From assembly GCA_965246715.1 (NCBI GenBank), contig CBDFFH010000005.1, positions 224,001 through 288,000 on the forward strand: 64,000 bases of DNA, written 5' to 3'. This document shows positions 31,841-42,742 of this stretch, in pieces; the first letter of the stretch is position 1, and each line of letters opens with the position of its first letter. A program made the translations under genes and the position numbers. The DNA comes from Chamaesiphon sp. Its GTDB lineage: Bacteria > Cyanobacteriota > Cyanobacteriia > Cyanobacteriales > Chamaesiphonaceae. The notes beneath the pieces are model-generated. The model was not told the origin of the DNA and searched no databases. It saw nothing but the letters and a program-made list of their open reading frames with translations.

Positions 31841-32106
31841 TGTAAGAGTACCTCTTCGATATTTTTCAGTGTATTTGAACAATTGATTTAAGCCGATCGT
31901 GCCAATTCAGCGTCATCTCTTTTCATTTACCAACGTCGAGCAAGTGCCATGACGATCGCCGTTGAGGGCACGCAACGATTCTCCAGTAGTATGCTAAATC
32001 TGTCGATAATGCCCTCATATCCATTACTAGCAGCCATTTGCAGGTGAAGAACAGAGCGAGAACACTACCTCGATCCATGCCTAGAGATCGGCATCAACTG
32101 CTAGCG

Positions 32107-32616
32107 TCAGCGATCGTTACCAGCGCGATCGCCATTTAACGCTCCTAATGCTTCGCCTAATGCCCACAGCGCACCGCCCAACAGCACAATGTCTTTAAGC
32201 AAAAACTGTCCTGGAATTGCCGATAGGAGTGGAAAGGCTGGATCGGAAACACCAGGAGTAGTTAACATAAAACTTATGGTGATTAGGAATGTGATTACTG
32301 CCATCGCGCTGCCGATCGCCGAAACCAGTGCTGACCAGGGACGAGTGGCGATCGAGATCGCTGCCGTCACCTCAATCACGCCAACCAGATTCGACACACC
32401 TTGCAACCCCAAAATCGGCACCAGCCAGCTAAAAAACGGGCTGTTCTCCACAAAGGGCTGAATGCCGCGAGCTTCGGCACTAGTAAACTTCAGTAGCCCA
32501 ATCCAAACCAAAATCAGTACGATACCGTAACGCACGAGAAAGAGTCCTGCTTTCTCAAACTTGTAAGCATTTGCCCTGGAGACAGGAAAGACTGGACGAG
32601 TTCTGGGGGTAGTCAT
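32107..32616 (-). CDS. DUF417/YkgB (RclC-like) inner-membrane protein
   Basis: RYG..LILVWIGLLKF..EA.GI.P.V.NSP and GQFLLKDIVLL. Confidence 0.85.
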   Translation of the reverse strand: MTTPRTRPVFPVSRANAYKFEKAGLFLVRYGIVLILVWIGLLKFTSAEARGIQPFVENSPFFSWLVPILGLQGVSNLVGVIEVTAAISIATRPWSALVSAIGSAMAVITFLITISFMLTTPGVSDPAFPLLSAIPGQFLLKDIVLLGGALWALGEALGALNGDRAGNDR

Positions 32617-32644
32617 GATGAAATCTCCTGTTGGTGTTTGAGTG

Positions 32645-34777
32645 TTAGTTCGAGCGATCGCTGAGACATACGGTTAATTCACCGTGTTGGTGGATAACTT
32701 CCCATTTGGTCTGTTCATCCTCACGCCAAAAGCGCAAGTCAACGGTTGCATCGCCCACGACTAAATTCGTGAGTTGCAGATCCGGCAACCAAGTTGGTAA
32801 GACGGGTTGCACGTACAATCGGCGATTTGACGCATCAGCTTCCAGCCCCAATAAGCTGCTAATCAGCCAGAGGAGCGCACCTGCTGCCCACGCCTGGGGA
32901 ATATTGGCATCACTATACGGAACTGGAAAATTCTCAGACTGCCATTCGATGCCGCCAAACAGTTCGGGCATCTGGTAGTTTTGAAACAGGCTGGCAGCCG
33001 CAAACAGCCCTTCCGCGATTCGATTGGCTTCTGCGTGGTAGCCAGATCGTTTCAGTCCAGCGGCAATGAAGGAGTTGTCGTGTGCCCAAACGCTGCCAGT
33101 GTGATAGCCGATCGGGTCGTAAGCCGGGTTTTGAGCAGACAGGGTCCGAATGCCCCAACCACACCATAAGTCGGGCTGGAATAGTCGCTCTACCAACCGT
33201 TGTGCTCGACCGGACGGCACGATCCCCGACCAGAGTAAGTGCCCAGGATTGGAGGTAATCGAGCGAATCTGCTGTTTCTGACTATCTAAACCCAAACAAT
33301 AGAAGCCTTCCTCCTCCATCCAGAAGCGATCGTTGAATCGTTGATACAGTTCGTCTGCTTTGTGACGCAACTCTTGGGCACGCTCAGGTTGACCTCGAAC
33401 GTCGTAGAGATCCGCCGCTCGTCGCCACGCATCGTATACCTGACCTTGAGTTTCGCAAAGCGCGATCGGGGCGTTGACGATGTTGCCATCCGCATCCCGA
33501 ATCGCATCCCCCGAATCTTTCCAGCCCTGATTTTGAATGCCGTCTTTAGAGCGACTGCAATACTCGACGAAGCCATCGCCATCAAAGTCGCCGTAGCGCT
33601 CGATCCAAGTTAATGCCTTTTCTAGAGCTGCATGGCAGCGATCTAATAGAATGCGATCGCCCGTCCAGCGATAGGCTTCGGATAGAGTGATAATCCACAA
33701 GATCGTGGTATCGATCGCGCCGTAGTATGGATTATTGGGAATCTGATGCAAGTGGGCGAGTTCCCCCTGGCGTAGTTCATGCAGAATTTTACCGGGTTGT
33801 GCATCTCGCCAATCGTCCTTGGACGTTGCCTGAAAGTCGGCTAACTTGAGCAACGTGCCTTGCGCTAAGTTGGGTACTACTGCCATCGTTTGCAAACTTG
33901 CGATCAGTGGGTCGCGTCCAAATACGGCAACAAACCAGGGAATGCCTGCCGCCGGAATCCAAGCTAGCTCGCCATCATCTACAGGAATTCGCAGTGCCGC
34001 TAGATCGACGAGGGCTTGCTGGTAGATTTGCTCAACCTCCCGATTGGATGACTGTAGATGAGTTGCCAATTTCAGGAAACTCGCCATCTCCTTGCCTGCG
34101 GGGGTGACATCGATCGCGGCATCGGTATGTTTCGGCATCAGTTCTTCTCCATCTACCAAGGCGATAAAGTTAATGCAAGTGTGCCACGTTTCACCAGGGT
34201 CGAGAGTAATATCAAAAATCAACCGACCGTTAGAGTAGCGGGGGGGTGAACTTTCTCCTTCTGGATGAATGCGAACCCCTCTGGTGAACGAGCCGTTACG
34301 ATAGATGTTGCTCAACGTGTTGTCGTTCCAAGTCGTTTCGATCCTACCCTCCGTCACAAGCTGTTGGGCTTTAACCCGGAAAACATCGACAAAATCAGAG
34401 CGAATCTCCAGCATCAACTGAAGATCAACGCGCTCTTGATGATGATTTGTAATGTCAATGTCTTCGTGCATCCCGCCAATGATATCGCGCCGCAGGCTCA
34501 CCAGCAGTTTTTTGGCAGGCACGGTTCCTTTCGCCGTCAACAGTTCTGGATTGGTGAACTCATAGCGGGCAACTCGATGCGTGATGCAGCTAGAGGTAAT
34601 TGGCGTGAGTGGTTGTCGAGCGAGCGAGATTTCGTAGTAGGAAATCAGTCGTGTGTCGCGTACAAACAAACCTTGAGCGCGCCGATCGTCGATCGACCCG
34701 TCGGCAGCCGTCAGTAGAAACGAACCGCCATCATTAATTGTAATTTGTCCAGTTACAACCGCAACTTTCGCAGACAT
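32645..34777 (-). CDS. Amylo-alpha-1,6-glucosidase (glycogen debranching family)
   Basis: AGIPWFVAVFGRD, QPGKILHE, NQGWKDSGD, YHTGSVWAHDN, PQAWAA. Confidence 0.9.
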   Translation of the reverse strand: MSAKVAVVTGQITINDGGSFLLTAADGSIDDRRAQGLFVRDTRLISYYEISLARQPLTPITSSCITHRVARYEFTNPELLTAKGTVPAKKLLVSLRRDIIGGMHEDIDITNHHQERVDLQLMLEIRSDFVDVFRVKAQQLVTEGRIETTWNDNTLSNIYRNGSFTRGVRIHPEGESSPPRYSNGRLIFDITLDPGETWHTCINFIALVDGEELMPKHTDAAIDVTPAGKEMASFLKLATHLQSSNREVEQIYQQALVDLAALRIPVDDGELAWIPAAGIPWFVAVFGRDPLIASLQTMAVVPNLAQGTLLKLADFQATSKDDWRDAQPGKILHELRQGELAHLHQIPNNPYYGAIDTTILWIITLSEAYRWTGDRILLDRCHAALEKALTWIERYGDFDGDGFVEYCSRSKDGIQNQGWKDSGDAIRDADGNIVNAPIALCETQGQVYDAWRRAADLYDVRGQPERAQELRHKADELYQRFNDRFWMEEEGFYCLGLDSQKQQIRSITSNPGHLLWSGIVPSGRAQRLVERLFQPDLWCGWGIRTLSAQNPAYDPIGYHTGSVWAHDNSFIAAGLKRSGYHAEANRIAEGLFAAASLFQNYQMPELFGGIEWQSENFPVPYSDANIPQAWAAGALLWLISSLLGLEADASNRRLYVQPVLPTWLPDLQLTNLVVGDATVDLRFWREDEQTKWEVIHQHGELTVCLSDRSN

Positions 34778-35066
34778 AGATTTTTCTCTCACTAAGGTTG
34801 CTGTCAATCTTACTTAAAGATTGCTATAAGCTATATATACCAGTCATTTTCAGACCCAGAATGCAGGTCTGTACAACAACTGGGCTAAATGCTATTTACA
34901 AGGTCAAAGAGCTATTGAGCATATCCTGTTTGCGTTCTAGCTTTCATGTTGCCCCCTGTGCAGTGGATTGTGACGATCGATCTGGCGTTCGCAGCCTGCA
35001 TGATGCCTCGGCGATCGCTAAATCATCCGCACTGCCTAAAATACATTACAAGCACTTGCACCAAAC

Positions 35067-35110
35067 AGTATGACAGTCAAATCTGAGATAATCCTGAGAA
35101 ACAGATAAGA
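35067..35110 (-). promoter_or_regulatory. 11-bp-period hexamer boxes plus -10
   Basis: tcttat-N5-tctcag-N5-tctcag-N10-catact. Confidence 0.65.
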
Positions 35111-35280
35111 TTTGGCGATCGATCGGACGATGTTTGTAGATCGAAGCTCGACAGCACCGGAGTGAGGAAGCAGCATTCGATTACCAAAAACTTTTACTCG
35201 ATCGGGCTGTAAAGTAGTCAGATGAAAGTGGGCCGCAAGTCATCATGTCTGTGCTCGGTTAATCTAATTGAGTCAAAGTG

Positions 35281-36039
35281 CTAACTATTAGCTTCAATGA
35301 CATTGACAGCAAAGCTCTTGTAAGCCTCGCCCATTTGCGTTGCTCTGGTGCCAGGAAAGACATGAAAATCGCCAACTTTGAGTGCTGCGAAGATGGCATC
35401 GGCAACTAAGATCGGCGGTTCGGCGATCGCACTCAGACCTGCGGCATCGCCCATATCGGTGGCGATCGGTCCAGGATGTATGCTCAAGACGATCGTGCCC
35501 TGTTCGCTCAGCGATTCGCGTAATGCTTGGGTAATAGAATATGCAGCCGCTTTTGAGGCAGCGTAGGTAGCATAGCTAGCTGACGATCTGAGTGATGCGA
35601 CAGAGTTGAGTTGGGCAAAGACACCGCCGCCATTTGCTTTCAGTACTGGGGCAAACGCTTGCGCCATGTGGATTAATCCATACACGTTGACGTTCATCTG
35701 AAATTCGAGCGCGGCGATCGCATCTTTATCCAGGGGATTACCTTCTTTAAAGACCCCCGCGTTATTGACAATTACCTGGACATCTGTGGCTATTCGAGCG
35801 GCAGCAGCGATCGATTGGGGATCGGCTAAATCGATCTGAATCGGCACGACTCGTTGGCTCAGGTGCTCTGAAAGAGAATCGGGATATTTTTCGACTAGTG
35901 GCGTGGCACTGTCCAAGTTACGCACGCCAGCATAGATCTTGGTAGCTCCGCGAGCGAGAAAGGATTCGACTAGTGCTTTGCCGATGCCCCGATTTGCGCC
36001 TGTAACTAAAATGATTTTGTCTTTGAGGTCGTAGTTCAT
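35281..36039 (-). CDS. SDR oxidoreductase
   Basis: TGANRGIG, NNAG, YAASK; start MNYDLK with ggag RBS. Confidence 0.9.
   Translation of the reverse strand: MNYDLKDKIILVTGANRGIGKALVESFLARGATKIYAGVRNLDSATPLVEKYPDSLSEHLSQRVVPIQIDLADPQSIAAAARIATDVQVIVNNAGVFKEGNPLDKDAIAALEFQMNVNVYGLIHMAQAFAPVLKANGGGVFAQLNSVASLRSSASYATYAASKAAAYSITQALRESLSEQGTIVLSIHPGPIATDMGDAAGLSAIAEPPILVADAIFAALKVGDFHVFPGTRATQMGEAYKSFAVNVIEANS
35854..35877 (+). repeat. SDR5-like 24-bp in-frame insertion in the SDR gene
   Basis: tcg[ttggctcaggtgctctgaaagaga]atcgg; converts YPDRVV to YPDSLSEHLSQRVV. Confidence 0.75.
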
Positions 36040-36162
36040 CTCAATTGCTCCTGTTGGGTTAATGTTGATACCGATCGTCACCGCAACCGCACGATAACCA
36101 GCTAATTTCATGCCAAGCTGCGACCAAATAGTCACAGGCGATCTTCGATAGCTCCAATTACT

Positions 36163-36206
36163 AGCGTGACCGCCAAAACTGAGAAAATCCTGAGAGCCAG
36201 ATGAAA
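36163..36206 (-). promoter_or_regulatory. 11-bp-period hexamer boxes plus -10
   Basis: tttcat-N5-tctcag-N5-tctcag-N10-cacgct. Confidence 0.65.
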
Positions 36207-36389
36207 TTTTGCGATCGATCGAGTGGCGATCGGACAAATTCACGAGCTTGCTGGCGATAATTTTGCGACACTCGATTGTTGTAAATTTACGATCGATCTT
36301 GAAATAATCTGTAGACTAAACTCATCACGATCGATCGACTGACAGCAGCTATTGAGGATAATTTCAGTGTATGGAAGAGTGCAGATTTC

Positions 36390-37232
36390 TCAGGACTTTG
36401 ATAGTTGTACCCGAACATTGCGAGCAGTCGAGCCATACCGACCTATGACTAATTCAAATTCAACCTGTACTCCTGCTGGCAACGTGCGGTACCCCTCCCC
36501 AGGAATCGCCGTGAAGTTAAAGAACACATCCTCACCACCACCATCTGGCGAGATCGTCCCACTCCCTGCTTTAAGATCGAACGATCGCACGACACCTTTT
36601 AGCACTGGCAATCTAGTCGCGCCCAAACTTGGCACACCTTCACTCCACGTTTGTTGCGGAATGCGAACTTGCTTTACCTCTGGCGTATCGTATGCCTCAT
36701 AGCGATAGTCAGTTCGCGTCGCCATCAGCGTCCGTAAATCTTGGCGTAATTCCTCGATCGACGGTCGCCCTACGAAAAACCACCCATTGTAGATTTTGTG
36801 AATGCTCAAGTCGGGATGCAACACGAAGGTATACGGTTGTGCGCGGTAAGCATACTCACCTTCGGTTTCATCTAAAATATTAATCTGCTTGATGACTTCG
36901 CGCCGTTCGTCGCATAAAAAGGGCCACTGTGCGCCCAACCCCGCGCGAAAGGCAGCTTGAACTAACGGCGGATCGACCCCAATCGTTGCCAGCTTGCCAT
37001 AATTGACAGTTAATTCGCTTTGGAACAGGACTAACTGTGGTAGTTGCTGCCGATCGCGTGGGCAAAAGAAGCCACGATAGAATACGAGAATCAACGGATA
37101 GCCATCAGTAAATCCCAGATACCGATCCATCAAGCTTGGTTGTGTCAATGTCGAGAGTTTTATCGGTTCATTGTCCTGATTTGGGAGTTCGAGATCGGGA
37201 AAGCGATCGCCTACATTCAGATTAGTTGTCAT
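36390..37232 (-). CDS. AhpC/TSA-like redoxin fused to a C-terminal cold-shock domain
   Basis: VGDRFPDLEL and FYRGFFCPRD; GVVRSFDLKAGSGTI..DVFFNFTAI..VEFE..ARNV. Confidence 0.8.
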   Translation of the reverse strand: MTTNLNVGDRFPDLELPNQDNEPIKLSTLTQPSLMDRYLGFTDGYPLILVFYRGFFCPRDRQQLPQLVLFQSELTVNYGKLATIGVDPPLVQAAFRAGLGAQWPFLCDERREVIKQINILDETEGEYAYRAQPYTFVLHPDLSIHKIYNGWFFVGRPSIEELRQDLRTLMATRTDYRYEAYDTPEVKQVRIPQQTWSEGVPSLGATRLPVLKGVVRSFDLKAGSGTISPDGGGEDVFFNFTAIPGEGYRTLPAGVQVEFELVIGRYGSTARNVRVQLSKS

Positions 37233-37326
37233 AATTACTGCTTACATATTCGAGTAGGTTGGTGAGAAGTAGCTCACTTTAGAACAGCGGCGATCGAAAG
37301 TAAGCAGATCCCGATTGACGTGTCTT

Positions 37327-38673
37327 TCAAAATAACTGCCGTGCGAGCGTGGGTAATGATTCCGCAAAGGTGGGATGAATGTGCACCGAGCGTTCGAGGA
37401 CTTGCCAAGTGGCTCCAGCTTCCATCAGTGCCAGAAAGACATGTACTAATTCGGAAGTTTCATAGCCCACTAACGTTGCACCTAAAATCAGATTTGTCTG
37501 CGTGTCAACGACCATGCGGAAAAAGCCTAAATCTTGTCCCCACTCAATCCCTCGTGCGGTTTGGGCTACTTGCGTAGTGACTGCGCGAGCATTGATGCCT
37601 TGTTGCTGCGCCTGTTCGATCGTCATCCCGACACGACCGACTTGTGGCTCGGTGAAAACGGCATAGCCCAGCACCCGATCGTGACGATTCCGGTCGCCGC
37701 CTGCCAAAATCGCTTGCAAGCGGCGATAGTCTTCCCAAGAAACATGAGTAAAAGCAGGCTGTTTGGCGACATCTCCGATCGCATATACTCCCGCGCAGCT
37801 AGTCCCAAATCGATCGTCGATTTTCACATAGCCGCGATCGTCTAATTCAATCCCAGTCGCCGCACAATTCAATGCTGGAGTATTGGGCTTGCGTCCGGTG
37901 GCAATTAGCAGGGCTTCACCGTCGAGCGTCTTGCCATCATCAAGCGTGAGGGTAAATACGCCATTGGTATGTGCAACTCGATCGACTTTCGTGTTGAAAT
38001 GCAGTCCGATGCCATTGCGATCGAATGCCTCCGCCATCACGCTGCTGACATCAGCTTCTTCCTGAGCCAATAATCGATCGCCCCGCACGATTAATTCTGT
38101 CTTGCTGCCCAACTGTGCCATACCCTGACCTAATTCCATCGCGATATAGCCACCCCCAATGACGATTAGACGCGGCGGAAGCTGTTTTAGATCGAAGAAA
38201 TTACGGTTGGTCAGATAAGGCGTTCCCGCTAACCCAGGCAGATCGGGGATGCTGGAAGATGTGCCTGTGTTGATAACGACAATCGGTGCTTGCACAGTTA
38301 CCCCGCCGCCAGTTACCATCCGCTCTCCGACGAACGCGGCTTCAGTACAAACGACTTTCACCCCCGCACCTTCTAACCGCTTTTGTACACCCTGATTGAA
38401 CTGACTGCGAATGTCCTGTACCCGCTCCATCACTGCCGTAAAATCCATCTCTACCTGGGTGTGGATGCCAAGCTTATCGGCTTGGTGTGCGCGACCTGCG
38501 GCATGAGCGGCGGCGAGAAATGCTTTAGAAGGCGTGCAGCCATAGTTAACGCAACTGCCGCCTAAAGCATCGCGCTCGAATAAAACGACTTTTTGCCCAG
38601 CTTTAGCACAGTCAACTGCGAAGGGAACGCCGCCTTGACCGCTACCGATGACGATTACATCTACTGTTTCCAT
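37327..38673 (-). CDS. Class I pyridine nucleotide-disulfide oxidoreductase (MerA/RclA-like)
   Basis: GGSCVNYGCTPSK, GGGYI, IHPTFAE; no C-terminal MerA Cys pair. Confidence 0.85.
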   Translation of the reverse strand: METVDVIVIGSGQGGVPFAVDCAKAGQKVVLFERDALGGSCVNYGCTPSKAFLAAAHAAGRAHQADKLGIHTQVEMDFTAVMERVQDIRSQFNQGVQKRLEGAGVKVVCTEAAFVGERMVTGGGVTVQAPIVVINTGTSSSIPDLPGLAGTPYLTNRNFFDLKQLPPRLIVIGGGYIAMELGQGMAQLGSKTELIVRGDRLLAQEEADVSSVMAEAFDRNGIGLHFNTKVDRVAHTNGVFTLTLDDGKTLDGEALLIATGRKPNTPALNCAATGIELDDRGYVKIDDRFGTSCAGVYAIGDVAKQPAFTHVSWEDYRRLQAILAGGDRNRHDRVLGYAVFTEPQVGRVGMTIEQAQQQGINARAVTTQVAQTARGIEWGQDLGFFRMVVDTQTNLILGATLVGYETSELVHVFLALMEAGATWQVLERSVHIHPTFAESLPTLARQLF

Positions 38674-38865
38674 AAATACCTGTTACCTGTGGTGAGGAGG
38701 ATGAGCTAGCTATTCTCTAGACTAACAAATGCTTTTTATGACCTTGGCAGCCTATTTCAGTCTGGATCTTTGCTGGAGAGAGTTCCAGCGAACTTCGATG
38801 TTAGCTCGTTAAAAACACAATTAAGACTTTTCAAATATCCGTTGAGAAGCTCAGAAATACCAAAT

Positions 38866-40149
38866 TCACACATCGATCGCGAGTGCAGTCTTCGGTCGAG
38901 CAATACAGATGAGCACCGAGCCTGGTTCGATCTCCGCAGTCGGCGGTTGGAGATATTCCACTTCGCCCTCAGTCAACTCACACATGCAAGTACCGCAAAT
39001 TCCTTGCCGACAACTGTAGGGCGGGTTGAGACCATTTGCTTCTGCCAATTCCAGAATACTGCCATCATCAGGCTGCCAGGTGACTGTTTGACCAGAACTG
39101 GCAAACGTAATTTCGGCAGGTTCGGCGGTTTGATCGCTCGATCCTGTTTCAGCAGCCCCAGCTTTACTTGAGGTAAACACTTCAAAGAAAATTCGGTGTT
39201 CGGCTACTCCCGCTTGTTTGAGTCCATCCCGCAACGATTGTAAAAATGGTGGTGAGCCACACAGGTAATACTCTGCTTCTTGCTTAACCAAGCGTTGCAA
39301 CAGAGCCGTATCGACATATCCGGTACTTTGATAGCGACCTCGATCCTCCGCTGTGGGGCGACTGTAGGCATAGTGAACCGTCAGATGGGGATTTTGCTCG
39401 TCGAGTTCCATCACCTCATGTCGAAATGCTTGATGATTGCCATCTCGCGCACCATGCACGAACCAAATGGTTCGATCGAGCTGGAGTTGAGTCGCCGCTT
39501 TTGCCATACTCATCATCGGCGTAATGCCCACGCCATTACTGACTAGCACTGCTGGCAAGGATTGCTGCACGTCCAAAATAAATTTACCGCTCGGTGGTTT
39601 AGCTGCAATGACCGTTCCTTCGATCGCGAGATCGTGCATGAAGTTAGATGCTAATCCTGCTGGTACATCCTGTCCTTCCGGCATCCGTTCCCGCTTAATC
39701 GACAAGCGATAACGGTCGCAAGGCTCGACATAATCTGACAAAGTATAGGTACGAATTACGGGTTTTGCCTGTCCGGGAATATCTAACTTGATGGTGAGAT
39801 ATTGACCAGGCTTGAAGTTTGGAATCTCCTTTTTATCTTCAGGCTGTAAATAAAAGGACGTAATCTCTTCGCTCTCCTTAACTTTGCTGGTCACGACAAA
39901 ATTGCGCCAATCTTTCCAACCACTCCGATCGTCAATGGTGCGATCCTGCTGGCTATTCGGTTTCGATTTCAGACCGAACACCGCGCCACCAGCCGCTCCC
40001 ACTAGTACAGCATACACAGCCGCACGATAAGCATCGGGGGCTTTATCTTTGGTCGATCCGAGTGCCAAGCCAAATGCTAATGTCAGCACCGATCCGACTG
40101 TTGCAGCTCCGGCTAGACTTCTAATTAATGGGTTATTATTTTTAAGCAT
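38866..40149 (-). CDS. Membrane-anchored FAD/NAD(P)H reductase with C-terminal 2Fe-2S domain
   Basis: Two N-terminal TM helices, RTYTLS, GVGITP, CGS, CRQGICGTC...C. Confidence 0.85.
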   Translation of the reverse strand: MLKNNNPLIRSLAGAATVGSVLTLAFGLALGSTKDKAPDAYRAAVYAVLVGAAGGAVFGLKSKPNSQQDRTIDDRSGWKDWRNFVVTSKVKESEEITSFYLQPEDKKEIPNFKPGQYLTIKLDIPGQAKPVIRTYTLSDYVEPCDRYRLSIKRERMPEGQDVPAGLASNFMHDLAIEGTVIAAKPPSGKFILDVQQSLPAVLVSNGVGITPMMSMAKAATQLQLDRTIWFVHGARDGNHQAFRHEVMELDEQNPHLTVHYAYSRPTAEDRGRYQSTGYVDTALLQRLVKQEAEYYLCGSPPFLQSLRDGLKQAGVAEHRIFFEVFTSSKAGAAETGSSDQTAEPAEITFASSGQTVTWQPDDGSILELAEANGLNPPYSCRQGICGTCMCELTEGEVEYLQPPTAEIEPGSVLICIARPKTALAIDV

Positions 40150-40210
40150 CGTCGCCTCCTAGAGCGCATAATGTAGTTTACGTATTGTGCGGAGCGGATC
40201 GAACATTACA

Positions 40211-42334
40211 TCAGTCTTCGTAAACATTCAACTTACCGTCGAGATGGGTGACTTCCCAGTAAGTGAGATCGTCCACTCGCCAGAACCGCAAATTAACTTT
40301 GGCAGCACCGACAACCAAGTGATTTAGGGTCAAATCGGGGAGCCACTCAGGTAAATTGGGCTGCACTCGCAACCGTTGATGCGGGGCATCTGCTTCGAGT
40401 CCGAGAATACTACGAATGAGGAAGAAAATCGACCCCGCCGCCCAAGCTTGGGGAATGTTGGCATCGGGATACGGTACGGGGAAGCTTTCAGGGGTGCGAT
40501 CGATCCCGGCAAATAGTTCGGGCATTCGTCCTGACTCAAAGTAACTCGCGGCGGCAAAGGTCGCTTCCGCAATCCGATTGGCTTCCTGGTGATAGCCGTA
40601 CCGCTTCAGTCCAGCAGCAATAATTGAATTATCATGCGGCCACACACTACCGAGTTGGTAACTAATCGGGTTGTAGGCTGGATTCTGAGCGGAGAGCGTG
40701 CGGATACCCCAGCCGCACCATAAGTCGGGCTGGAATAGCCGCTTTACCAGCCGCTGTGCTCGATCTGGTGGCACGATCCCCGACCAGAGTAAGTGCCCAG
40801 GATTGGATGTAATCGATCGAATCTGCTGTTTGTGGCTATCTAAACCCAAACAGTACAACCCCTCTTTTTCCATCCAAAAGCGATCGTTAAACCGTTGATA
40901 GAGATCTTTGGCTTTGCGATCTAGCTGCTTGGCGCGATCGTGTTCGCCCCAAATTTCATAGATTTGGGCAGCACATTTCCAGGCATCATAGACATAGCCC
41001 TGGACTTCGCACAGCGCGATCGGTGGATCGACTTGACTGCCATCGGCAGCCACGATTGAGTCGCCGGAATCCTTCCAGCCCTGATTTCGCAAGCCGTCTT
41101 TAGATCGGGTGATATACTCCACAAATCCATCGCCATCAAAATCGCCATCCCGCTCGATCCAGGCTAACGCCCGTTCGAGCGGCACGCGACAGGTATCTAG
41201 CAGCTTAAGATCGGCATTCCAACAGTAGGCTTCTGCCAGCGTAATAATCCAGAGAATCGTCGCTTCGATCGTCCCATAGTAGGGCGTATGCGGCACCTCG
41301 TGCAGTTGAGCGAGTTCGCCTTGACGGATCTCATGCAGGATTTTTCCAGGTTGAGCATCCCGCCAGTCATCCCGCTCGATCGCTTGTAACTGAGCTAACT
41401 TAACTAGGGTACCGTGACTAAATTCACAATTTACCGCCATCGTTTGGAGACTGGCAATAATCGAGTCCCGCCCAAATACTGCCACAAACCACGGAATTCC
41501 AGCGGCTGGCATCCAGCAAGTTTGGCCGTTGTCCTCCACTTCGATCCGCAGCGATCCCATATCCAGCAATGCTTGTTGGTAAGTTGCCATCACTTCCGCA
41601 TTCGAGGATTGTAATTGGGTTGCCGTATTGAGAAAATTGACCATCTCGCGTCCGGCTTTGGTTTCGGTCAGCGCAGTATCTTTGGTATGTCTGGGTTCGA
41701 GGACTTCGCCATCTACCAGCGCGGTAAAATTGATGCAGCTATGCCAGGTGTGACCTGGATCGAGAGCAATGTCAAAGAACAGCCGACCATTAGCATAACG
41801 CGGCAACATTTTGGGATCGGGTGCGACAATGATGCCTCTGTGAAACGTGCCGTGCTGGTAAGTGGTTGTGAGTGCGCCATTTTGCCAGACAGTTTCAATC
41901 TGACCGCGCGTAAGCAATCGCTTCCCCCTGACTTGAAAGATGTCTGCAAAGTCCGATCGAGTTGCCAGCATTAACTGAAATTCCACCCGATCGCCGTGAT
42001 GATTCGTGATGTCAATATCCTCGTGCATCCCACCGAGAATATCGCGGCGCACGGTGATGATTAGACTACCTTGGGGTAACGTTCCACTAATAGCCAGCAG
42101 TTCGGGATTAGTGAAGGTGTAGACCGCCACCCGATGGCTGACACTGCTCGATGCCAGCAGTTGGAGGGGTGAACGATCGATCGAGATTTCGTAGTAGGAA
42201 ATCAAGCGGGTATCGCGGACAAAGAAGCCTTGAGCGCGATCGTCATTAATCGAGCCATCGCGAGCGGTAACGAGAAAGGAAGACCCATCGCTAATGGCAA
42301 TCTGTTCGGCATTAACGGCAACTTTTGCAGGCAT
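40211..42334 (-). CDS. Amylo-alpha-1,6-glucosidase (paralog of 32645..34777)
   Basis: Same conserved motifs as the paralog. Confidence 0.9.
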   Translation of the reverse strand: MPAKVAVNAEQIAISDGSSFLVTARDGSINDDRAQGFFVRDTRLISYYEISIDRSPLQLLASSSVSHRVAVYTFTNPELLAISGTLPQGSLIITVRRDILGGMHEDIDITNHHGDRVEFQLMLATRSDFADIFQVRGKRLLTRGQIETVWQNGALTTTYQHGTFHRGIIVAPDPKMLPRYANGRLFFDIALDPGHTWHSCINFTALVDGEVLEPRHTKDTALTETKAGREMVNFLNTATQLQSSNAEVMATYQQALLDMGSLRIEVEDNGQTCWMPAAGIPWFVAVFGRDSIIASLQTMAVNCEFSHGTLVKLAQLQAIERDDWRDAQPGKILHEIRQGELAQLHEVPHTPYYGTIEATILWIITLAEAYCWNADLKLLDTCRVPLERALAWIERDGDFDGDGFVEYITRSKDGLRNQGWKDSGDSIVAADGSQVDPPIALCEVQGYVYDAWKCAAQIYEIWGEHDRAKQLDRKAKDLYQRFNDRFWMEKEGLYCLGLDSHKQQIRSITSNPGHLLWSGIVPPDRAQRLVKRLFQPDLWCGWGIRTLSAQNPAYNPISYQLGSVWPHDNSIIAAGLKRYGYHQEANRIAEATFAAASYFESGRMPELFAGIDRTPESFPVPYPDANIPQAWAAGSIFFLIRSILGLEADAPHQRLRVQPNLPEWLPDLTLNHLVVGAAKVNLRFWRVDDLTYWEVTHLDGKLNVYED

Positions 42335-42447
42335 GATTCACCTCTCAAATTTTTACTAATCCATTCTTAAAGATCGTTTTGCTGACGCTCCACACACATC
42401 CCACGTTGTTCCATCGCTCCAATCCGTTTTACTCGATCGTAATGAGT

Positions 42448-42491
42448 AAAATAACCATTAAACCTGAATCAGTCCTGAGTAGCACATAAAT
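42448..42491 (-). promoter_or_regulatory. 11-bp-period hexamer boxes plus -10
   Basis: atttat-N5-actcag-N5-attcag-N10-tatttt. Confidence 0.55.
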
Positions 42492-42584
42492 TATTGCTAC
42501 CAAATAAATGACAACATTAATTTTTGACGCGATCGCCGCATAAATTAATAGCAAGATCGATAGAATTGAAATGTAGACAGACGG

Positions 42585-42742
42585 GTCAGCCGTTCTTTTC
42601 AACCAAACCCGAAGGAATGGGATTGGGACTCGCGATCGTCAACCGGATTGTCAAGGCTCATGCAGGAAGATTGCAGTTCCAGTCCGATGCTTCTGGAGCT
42701 TGCGTCAGCGTTGAATTACCCATCCAATGCGGTGTTAAATAG
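42585..42742 (+). pseudogene. Histidine kinase C-terminal (HATPase) remnant
   Basis: QPFFSTKPEGMGLGLAIVNRIVKAHAG. Confidence 0.8.

Noticed and set aside
37327..38673. Mercuric reductase merA
   Set aside because: No NmerA domain, no C-terminal Cys pair and no mer operon genes.
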